Source: a candidate division FCPU426 bacterium (GTDB lineage: Bacteria > Oederibacteriota > JAAXVQ01 > JAUVAV01). Taken from it: 64,000 bases of DNA. The position numbers and the translations under genes are program-made. Each line of letters starts with the position of its first letter. Positions within the stretch are counted from its first letter, which is position 1. Location: positions 309 through 64,308 of the forward strand of contig JAUVAV010000011.1 in assembly GCA_030591525.1 (NCBI GenBank). The letters run 5' to 3'. Below, piece by piece: positions 56,582 to 64,000 of this stretch. The notes beneath the pieces were generated by a model that made no database searches, was not told the DNA's origin, and worked only from the letters and a program-made list of their open reading frames with translations.

Positions 56582-59020
56582 ATGAACCAAATGTTCGATA
56601 AATTTACCGAACGTGCCAAGAAAGTTGTGAATTTGTCACGCGAAGAGGCCGCCCGGCTGGGGCATGATTATATCGGGACCGAGCATCTGCTGCTGGGATT
56701 GATTAAAGAGGGCGGCGGTGTGGCTACCGCGGTGTTGGAGAATCTCGGATTGGATTTGGAACGAATAAAACTGGAAGTGGAAAAAGCCCTGACCATGGGA
56801 GGAGGAACGCTTACTTTCGGGGAAGTGCCTTTTACTCCGCGCGCCAAAAAAGTTCTGGAATTGGCGGTCGAGGAGTCCCAGGCTTTAGGACATAATTATA
56901 TCGGGACCGAGCATCTGCTCCTGGGTTTGATCAGAGAGGGGGAGGGAATAGCCTATCAAGTTTTTGAACAGTGCAACCTGCGCCTGGAAAAGGCCCGTGA
57001 GATGACCATCTACCTGTTGGGCGGAAATCTGCCGAAATATTTCCCGGCTCAGACTAAAACCAATACCCCGACCCTGGATTCTTTCGGCCGGGATTTAACC
57101 CAACTGGCCCGGGAGAACAAGCTGGATCCTGTAATCGGCCGGGAGGATGAAATCGAAAGGGTTATCCAGATTCTCTGCCGGAGAACTAAAAACAATCCGG
57201 TATTAATCGGGGAGCCGGGAGTGGGTAAGACCGCGATTGCCGAGGGACTGGCCCAGAAGCTGGTAACCGGCAATATTCCGGAACTCCTGGAGGGCAAACG
57301 AATTGTTACTCTGGATTTGGCCGCAGTCGTGGCTGGGACAAAATATCGCGGTGAATTTGAGGAGCGTCTGAAAACCATAATGCAGGAAATTAAATTGGCT
57401 TCTGCGAGCATATTTTTATTTATCGACGAACTGCATACTCTGGTGGGAGCCGGCGCGGCCGAGGGGGCGATTGACGCCTCGAACATGCTAAAGCCCGTGT
57501 TGGCCCGCGGGGAGCTGCAATGTATTGGCGCGACCACCATGGATGAATACCGGAAGCATATTGAGAAGGATGGAGCTTTGGAACGCCGGTTTCAGCCGAT
57601 CAAGGTGGAGGCGCCTACAGCGGAACAGGCCATTTTAATCCTCAAGGGTCTGCGCGACCGGTATGAGGCCCATCATCGCGTGCATTTTACCGATGGTGCT
57701 CTGATAGCTTCGGTCCGGCTCTCGGATCGCTATATCTCGGGGCGGCTTTTGCCGGATAAGGCTATCGATGTCATGGATGAAGCCGGAGCCAAGGCCCGCT
57801 TATCTTCCTCCATTACGCCGACTGATTTAAAGGAAATAGAGAAGCAGATCGTGAATATTAACCAGGAAAAAGAGGCGGCTATCAAAGCTCAGGAATTTGA
57901 ACTGGCTGCCGGTTTGCGTGACAGCATTAAGGAATTGCGCCTGAAAAAAGAGGAGAAAAAACGGTCTTGGGAGAAATCCCGGAACCAAAAAGTCAGCGAG
58001 GTTACGGAAGAGGATATCGCCAAGATTATCAGTAAATGGACCGGGGTTCCGGTATTCAAATTGGAGGAAAAAGAGTCCGCCAAATTGCTGCGCATGGAGG
58101 AGGAGCTGCATAAGCGGATTGTCGGGCAGGAGGAAGCTATCGGCGCGGCTTCGCGTTCCATCCGCCGGTCCCGGGCCGGTGTGGCTGATCCCAAAAGGCC
58201 GATTGGTTCATTTATATTCTTAGGGCCCACCGGGGTAGGGAAAACCGAGATGGCCCGGGCCTTGGCGGAGTTTCTTTTTGAGGATGAAAATACCTTGATC
58301 CGCATTGATATGTCGGAATATATGGAGAAATTCGCGGTTTCCCGCCTGGTCGGCGCGCCGCCGGGATATATCGGGCATGACGAAGGCGGACAGCTGACCG
58401 AGAAAGTACGGCGGAACCCCTATTCCGTGGTACTCTTTGATGAAGTTGAGAAGGCTCACCCGGATGTTTTTAATATTTTGCTCCAGGTGCTGGAGGACGG
58501 CCGTTTGACCGACAACAACGGCCGCACGGTTGATTTTAAAAATACGGTTGTGATTATGACGAGTAATATCGGCGCCCGTCTGATTGACAAGGGGGGCGTC
58601 CTGGGATTTCAGTCACCCGCAATTGAGTCAGCTTACCAGGATATGCGGGCCAAAGTAATGTCCGAAGTAAAAAAGGTTTTTAATCCGGAATTCCTGAACC
58701 GGGTGGATGAGGTTATTGTTTTTCATAATTTAGAGAAAAAACATCTGCAGAAGATTGTGGATCTGCTGCTGAGCAAGGTGAACGCTCGTCTGGAGGAGAA
58801 AAAAGTTAAACTGATACTGACGCCGGAGGTAAAAGAATTGCTGATTGAAAAGGGTTATTCTCCCCAAATGGGAGCGCGTCCTTTGAAGCGGAGCGTGCAG
58901 CGTTTGCTGGAAGATCCGCTGGCCGAGAAAATTTTAAAATGCGAACTCAAACCGGGCGATGAAATTCATGCGCTTTGCCGGGAAGATAGGATAGAGTTCG
59001 AGGTTAAAGTCGAGGCTTAG
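56582..59020 (+). CDS. clpC: Clp ATPase ClpC
   Basis: Double Clp-N, GEPGVGKT, short UVR M-domain, [19 protein letters not shown] loop. Confidence 0.96.
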   Translation: MNQMFDKFTERAKKVVNLSREEAARLGHDYIGTEHLLLGLIKEGGGVATAVLENLGLDLERIKLEVEKALTMGGGTLTFGEVPFTPRAKKVLELAVEESQALGHNYIGTEHLLLGLIREGEGIAYQVFEQCNLRLEKAREMTIYLLGGNLPKYFPAQTKTNTPTLDSFGRDLTQLARENKLDPVIGREDEIERVIQILCRRTKNNPVLIGEPGVGKTAIAEGLAQKLVTGNIPELLEGKRIVTLDLAAVVAGTKYRGEFEERLKTIMQEIKLASASIFLFIDELHTLVGAGAAEGAIDASNMLKPVLARGELQCIGATTMDEYRKHIEKDGALERRFQPIKVEAPTAEQAILILKGLRDRYEAHHRVHFTDGALIASVRLSDRYISGRLLPDKAIDVMDEAGAKARLSSSITPTDLKEIEKQIVNINQEKEAAIKAQEFELAAGLRDSIKELRLKKEEKKRSWEKSRNQKVSEVTEEDIAKIISKWTGVPVFKLEEKESAKLLRMEEELHKRIVGQEEAIGAASRSIRRSRAGVADPKRPIGSFIFLGPTGVGKTEMARALAEFLFEDENTLIRIDMSEYMEKFAVSRLVGAPPGYIGHDEGGQLTEKVRRNPYSVVLFDEVEKAHPDVFNILLQVLEDGRLTDNNGRTVDFKNTVVIMTSNIGARLIDKGGVLGFQSPAIESAYQDMRAKVMSEVKKVFNPEFLNRVDEVIVFHNLEKKHLQKIVDLLLSKVNARLEEKKVKLILTPEVKELLIEKGYSPQMGARPLKRSVQRLLEDPLAEKILKCELKPGDEIHALCREDRIEFEVKVEA

Positions 59021-59024
59021 TTCT

Positions 59025-62000
59025 TTGGCTGGTCCTTCCGCACGCAAAAAAAGGTCATCGCCCGACCCGCATCACCTGCCTTCGGGGAGGATTCAAAAAG
59101 TCCGCCATCCTTTGATAACTCCGGCTTTATTTTTCCTGGGGGCGGGGCTGATAGTTGGCGGTTTATGGATCGTTTCTTCCAGCGGTCTGGTCGCCAATCA
59201 TCTGAAGCCGCGGCTGGAAGTTGAGCTTTCCCGGGCTTTAAACCGGAAAGTCACCATCGGCCGGCTGGAAGGCCTGCTGTTTAACCGTTTAATCCTAAAA
59301 AATGTGACAGTATCGTCACGGGCGAAAGATTCGGAAACGCTGGATATTTCGATTAACCGGGTGGTAGTCCGGTACTCACTTTGGGATATCCTGGTAAGGA
59401 AACGCTCACCGGCCGAGAGTCTTCACCAGATTCAATTAATTCGTCCCCTAATTGAGTTTGAGCGTTCACCCGAAGGTGAATGGAAGGGTCCGGACCTTAT
59501 GTCCCTTCCCCGGCGCCGGTACACGGCTGGTCCCGGCATACCTCCGCCCATGGTTCCGGCGATTAAAATATCCCTGTTGGCCGGAGAGATCAGGCTCACC
59601 GATGCCGCGCATACGGCCAGTATCAGGAATCTGCGCGGTTTATTGAATCTCAAGGATCCTTCCGCCGTCCGCCTCTTTCTTTCCGGGCGCACTGACCGGC
59701 ACCGCCTGCAAAACATTAAAATTTCCGGTATGCTGGATCTCAACCAACAAGCTTACCGGCTGAACCTTAAAGCCACGCGGGTCGGTTTGCGTCCCTTTGA
59801 AAGAGTCGCTAAAGTTACCGGTTATTTCGAAATCATGAGAGGACATGCGGACCTGGAGCTTAAAGTACGCTCCGGCAAGGCCCGGTCTCAGGCTTTAATT
59901 CCCGGGGCCCGCGTGGACGGGAAACTGGTGCTGTATGATGTAACCGGGAAAACTTCTTTACTGGCCAGGCCCTTGCAGAATGTATTCGGCGTGGCCCATC
60001 TGGCTGATAACCAATTAACCATAAAAAATATGCAGGCCATTTTTGGGAAGACCACCTGGTCCGGCCGGGGAAGTATTAAAAATTTTGAAAAACCCAGGTT
60101 GAATATCAAGGTCCAGAGTGAAAATTTGGATCTGGCCGATTTAATCGAATCCTTTCCGCGTTTATCCCAGCTGCGGGCCAGTGGTTCCGGGAAAGCTGTG
60201 ATTTCGATCAAGGGGCAGGCGCCGGACCTGGCATTCACCGGGACTTTTAAAATACCCCAGGGAGAAATCGGTAATTTAAAAATCCGGAAGTTTGAGACGA
60301 TCTCGCGTTTTCACAATAACGAGCTTCGTCTGCTCAGGGCCCGCGGGGTTTTTGCCCGCGGCTGGATTGAGGGAAGCGGACGTATTCTTTTTTCCGAAGC
60401 CGGTTCGGAGCCTGGCCGGATAGATTTTCACGGAAGCGCCCAAAGCCTGGCGGCGAAAGATATAGCCTCCCTGTTCGGCCTGAAGGCAATACAAGGCCGG
60501 CTTGACGGCATACTTGATTTAAAAGGCCGGCTGGACCGGCCCATACTGAAAGGCAGCCTCTCCTCCTCCCGGATTAAAATTGCTAAGATGAATTTTAAAA
60601 AGGTTAAGGGACGCATGGAATACCGGCACAATGTTCTTAATCTCGACCTGAAAAGCGATTGGGAAAATATGACAGCCGTACGGCTAAGAGTGCAGGGAGA
60701 ACACCGGGAGCCGGGCTGGGCGCTTAAAAAACTGAGGATTACCCAAGGCCGGCAGGAATTACTGGCGGCTGAGGGGGACTGGAGCATTGCCCGGGCCGGA
60801 GTGTTTGCCGGCTGGGTCCGGACCAGCGATCTGCCGATTAAAAATATTACCTTTTTACCGGATACGGTCGGCCATTTGCAGGGAAAGCTTAATTTTAAAG
60901 GCCGGCTGGACGGCGCTTTTGAGCGTCCCTGTTTGGCCGGGCGTTTCCATACCCAGGGTATGCTGCGCGTGAAGGGGCGCAAACTCGACGCTCAAGGCGA
61001 GATAGCCCTTTCGCCTGAGAAAATCGAATTGAAAAAAGTATATTTGGACCGCAAACGTATCCGTCTCTCGGGTTGGATGGATTTAAAAAAGCCGGTAAAG
61101 CTTCAGGGGAACTTAGTTATGCAAAAGGTTGATTTTGAAAAGCTTGCGGCCTTAGGCGGAGCAAGGTTCGGGCAGAGCCGGCTGCGAGGCCAAACCAGCG
61201 GGAAGGTGAGCCTGACCGGATCTTTAAAAGCGCTTAAATCTAAAGGGATAGTAACCTTCGCCGGATTGGAGTGGGCCGGCGTTTCCGCCGACTCCGGCAG
61301 CCTGGAATTTTCCTCCAGCGGCCGGCGGTTGTGGATTAAAAAACTGGAAATGCTCCAAAGGGGCGGTAAATTCAATGCGGTGCTGGAAACCGACATGAAA
61401 AAAACCGGTCGGTTTTTTCAGATCCTGGCCTGGACGGAAGCCTTTAAAATCGGGAAGAGAAAATGGACGGGTGATCTGAAGATTGACGGCACTTGTGATC
61501 ATCGTTCCCTGGAACCGGAATATTCGGGAAAGCTGACACTGGATCATTTGGAGGTCGATGGAGAGGTTTTACCTTCTGCGGAAGGTGATTTAGTCCTGGC
61601 TGGAAAAAAAATAAATCTGAAGCAGTTTCAATGGGGGAAAGCTTTGTCCGGTTCCGGAGAATTCAACTTCGGATCAGAACCGGGAGGAACTTTTCAGCTA
61701 ATGCTGGAAAATTCCAACCTGGCCTCCGTACGGGCGCTGATAGCTCCGGGAAAAGGTGCCCTCTGTGAACCTCTTTCCGGGAGCGTGCAACTGATTCTAA
61801 ACCGCCGGCAGCTCAATGGCAAAGCTCATTTGAATGCCGGGCAGAGTGAAATCCGGTGTGAATTTAACAGTTTATTTTCCGAAGCCGGTAAACTTGGCGC
61901 CTGTGGTGGTCATATAAAAATGCGGGATATGCGGACCCCGACGGTTTTTGATCTAGGTCTGTTAGCTGAGCCGAAAAACGCTCCGCAAGGAACGATTTCC

Positions 62001-64000
62001 GGCCGAATTGATTTCCAAGGACCGGCCGGCCGGCTGAAAGCATTATCCGGCGAAGTGGATTTTTCGGATTTTGAATTAGGCTATTGGCATTTCAAAGAAT
62101 TGAAAACCGCTTGGGAAGCGAATGATAAAACCGTGAAAATAATAAAGCTGGAAGGCCGGCAACCCCTGGGCAGCCTGAAGGTATCGGCGGGATCCATGCA
62201 TTTTAAGCCGGGCGGACGGCATATGCTTGATCTGGATTTAAAAGCGGAAAATTTCCATTTTTTTTTGAGGCGGTTTCACGGAGAATTTAAATTAAAGGGC
62301 ACCCTGGGCTTAAAACCCGTACATGACCTGCGGTTGGAAGTTGCCAGTCCGGATTTTGGTTTGGATAAATATGTTTTTGGGGATTTTAGGGCCCGGGTTC
62401 AATACCGGGGAGAAAACCTGAGCATACGCACGCCGCCGGATTGTCCTTTTCCTATTGTGGGTGATTTAAGTCTTCCTCCCGGCGGAGCCGTGATTTTTAA
62501 ACGTTTAACCATCTCGGACGCCCGGCATAACTATCAATGCATCAACGCCACCGGTAGGATTGACGGCGAGGGCACCTCGGATTTCCTGGTGGAAGTTCAT
62601 GACGTTCCGGCGGATATGATTGCGCGCTGCCTGGGCTGGCCCCAGCCCTGGACCGGAATTGCCAACGGCAGCGTACATTATACCGACCCGCAGCATATAC
62701 CCCATATCCGGATCAATCCCAAGATCGAGAATGGCAGCGTGATCGGCCTGCCTTTTGACGTATTCTACGGCGATCTTGTAATCGACCATGACTGGCTTCA
62801 TTTCCGGGGACCGGAAGGAGCAGCCGTGCTTCGGCGTTACGGGAAATATACCATGGCTTTAACCGGGAAAATTCCTATGCCGCAGGGCGAGGCTGCGATG
62901 GAAAGAATGAAGGGAATGGAAATGGATGTCCGGTTGTCCATGCCGGAAGGGGATTTGTCATACCTGGTTTTTGTCCCGCATATTGCTTCGGCTCACGGGA
63001 AAAGCAGCTTGGAACTGAAGCTCCGGGGAACCATGGAATATCCCAGTCTCTCGGGCCAGGCCCAGATACGGGGCGGCACGATCGCGCCCCGGCTGTATAC
63101 CCCGGAGATTAGAAATATTTATGCTGGCCTTAAATTTAAAGATAATAAAATGTTTATACAGCAGATGGAAGGCCGGATCGGAGAAGGAATTTTAAAAGTC
63201 ACGGCCGGCGCCCCGGCGCCCTGGGCCTGCATTTTCCGGCGTTTGCAGCCCCATCAACTCAACCTCGTACTGGATTCGGGAGAAGAAAGTCTAAGCCTGG
63301 ATGCCACGAGTGATTATGAATTTGTGTCCGCCGACGTGAAGCTGAACGTCTCGCTAGGCGGAACCCTGGAGGAGCCGATTATCGGCGGAAGCATGGAATT
63401 GGCAAAGGGCCAGTTTACTTATCCCCCCCGGGCACTGAGCGAATATGCCAGGGAAATCGACGGAGCCGCGACCCGTTATGATAAACTTACGCTTATCAGC
63501 CACCAGAACTTCTGGTTCTACAATGACGTGGTGCGGGCGCAAATTGCGCCTGACAATTTAGTGGTTTTAAACGGCGGCAAGCATGATTTTTCCGGGGAAG
63601 GCCAAGTGGAGATAACCAAAGGATCTTTTTCATATTTGGATACTGATTTTAAGCTGGATCCCAACGAGAAGACCCAGGTGATTCTTCAGGGACGCGAAAA
63701 ACCCCGCCTGCGGGGTCTGGCTAAAACCGTTCTTCGTGATGTTCAGATCAGAGATGAAGGATGCCGGCGGGACGCCACGATTTATCTGAGAGTGCACGGA
63801 GAAATCGGAGCCTTAACCGCCGAATTTAAGTCGGATCCGGAAATGACCAAGGCCCAGATAGTATCCTTGCTGACACTGGGTGAAGATTTTTCCAGTTGGT
63901 CCGGGGAAGAAGTCGACCAAAAAATCCGATCGGGCGGAGCCGGCTTGAAAGACATTCCTCCCGTGCTGGGAAGATGGGCCGGAAAGCTCCTGGGACGCCA
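59025..64000 (+). CDS. tamB: TamB/AsmA-like protein, >1650 aa, 3'-truncated (absent from the ORF track)
   Basis: TTG start after GAGG; N-terminal TM then AsmA-like LSRALNRKVTIGRL. The same frame at the window end gives SDPEMTKAQIVSLLTLG (DUF490-like). Both ends were translated by hand; continuity between them is inferred from the ORF track showing no terminated ORF in this frame. Confidence 0.8.
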   Translation, partial: MAGPSARKKRSSPDPHHLPSGRIQKVRHPLITPALFFLGAGLIVGGLWIVSSSGLVANHLKPRLEVELSRALNRKVTIGRLEGLLFNRLILKNVTVSSRAKDSETLDISINRVVVRYSLWDILVRKRSPAESLHQIQLIRPLIEFERSPEGEWKGPDLMSLPRRRYTAGPGIPPPMVPAIKISLLAGEIRLTDAAHTASIRNLRGLLNLKDPSAVRLFLSGRTDRHRLQNIKISGMLDLNQQAYRLNLKATRVGLRPFERVAKVTGYFEIMRGHADLELKVRSGKARSQALIPGARVDGKLVLYDVTGKTSLLARPLQNVFGVAHLADNQLTIKNMQAIFGKTTWSGRGSIKNFEKPRLNIKVQSENLDLADLIESFPRLSQLRASGSGKAVISIKGQAPDLAFTGTFKIPQGEIGNLKIRKFETISRFHNNELRLLRARGVFARGWIEGSGRILFSEAGSEPGRIDFHGSAQSLAAKDIASLFGLKAIQGRLDGILDLKGRLDRPILKGSLSSSRIKIAKMNFKKVKGRMEYRHNVLNLDLKSDWENMTAVRLRVQGEHREPGWALKKLRITQGRQELLAAEGDWSIARAGVFAGWVRTSDLPIKNITFLPDTVGHLQGKLNFKGRLDGAFERPCLAGRFHTQGMLRVKGRKLDAQGEIALSPEKIELKKVYLDRKRIRLSGWMDLKKPVKLQGNLVMQKVDFEKLAALGGARFGQSRLRGQTSGKVSLTGSLKALKSKGIVTFAGLEWAGVSADSGSLEFSSSGRRLWIKKLEMLQRGGKFNAVLETDMKKTGRFFQILAWTEAFKIGKRKWTGDLKIDGTCDHRSLEPEYSGKLTLDHLEVDGEVLPSAEGDLVLAGKKINLKQFQWGKALSGSGEFNFGSEPGGTFQLMLENSNLASVRALIAPGKGALCEPLSGSVQLILNRRQLNGKAHLNAGQSEIRCEFNSLFSEAGKLGACGGHIKMRDMRTPTVFDLGLLAEPKNAPQGTISGRIDFQGPAGRLKALSGEVDFSDFELGYWHFKELKTAWEANDKTVKIIKLEGRQPLGSLKVSAGSMHFKPGGRHMLDLDLKAENFHFFLRRFHGEFKLKGTLGLKPVHDLRLEVASPDFGLDKYVFGDFRARVQYRGENLSIRTPPDCPFPIVGDLSLPPGGAVIFKRLTISDARHNYQCINATGRIDGEGTSDFLVEVHDVPADMIARCLGWPQPWTGIANGSVHYTDPQHIPHIRINPKIENGSVIGLPFDVFYGDLVIDHDWLHFRGPEGAAVLRRYGKYTMALTGKIPMPQGEAAMERMKGMEMDVRLSMPEGDLSYLVFVPHIASAHGKSSLELKLRGTMEYPSLSGQAQIRGGTIAPRLYTPEIRNIYAGLKFKDNKMFIQQMEGRIGEGILKVTAGAPAPWACIFRRLQPHQLNLVLDSGEESLSLDATSDYEFVSADVKLNVSLGGTLEEPIIGGSMELAKGQFTYPPRALSEYAREIDGAATRYDKLTLISHQNFWFYNDVVRAQIAPDNLVVLNGGKHDFSGEGQVEITKGSFSYLDTDFKLDPNEKTQVILQGREKPRLRGLAKTVLRDVQIRDEGCRRDATIYLRVHGEIGALTAEFKSDPEMTKAQIVSLLTLGEDFSSWSGEEVDQKIRSGGAGLKDIPPVLGRWAGKLLGR

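Noticed and set aside
59432-63542. Numerous short ORFs on both strands
   Set aside because: Shadows of the long tamB-like frame, which has no stop inside the window.
1-64000. tRNA, rRNA, integrase, transposase or prophage genes
   Set aside because: None recognised by eye; a covariance-model scan was not possible.

Overview
Bacterial chromosomal window from a diderm (TonB receptors, Lol, TamB) that also carries mcsA-mcsB-clpC; the lineage cannot be assigned from sequence alone. Left (4.9-33.9 kb): a metal-acquisition region with DtxR-family regulator-feoB, an esterase, vapBC, a GT4 glycosyltransferase, and a ~16 kb operon (TonB-dependent receptor, DUF3450-ExbB-ExbB-ExbD-TonB-TPR energiser, HmuTUVS-like module with a membrane-anchored CobN-family chelatase, DUF2292 micro-protein, second receptor), then zupT and a DUF1007/RcnA-like pair. 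Right (37.8-64 kb): housekeeping genes rpmB, recG, rsmD, secDF, lysS, lolE/D, mcsAB-clpC and a tamB-like ORF running off the end. Intergenic DNA is rich in three families of short palindromic/MITE repeats. The main discovery candidate: the two large ORFs (<1-4371 and 40631-45166) align by eye over a post-membrane motif and a ~200-aa C-terminal domain ending E-x-A-A, but carry different enzyme cargo (class II aldolase plus enolase versus a methyltransferase-fold domain). This suggests a family of exported modular cargo proteins. All alignments and family calls were made by eye from motifs; no searches were run.
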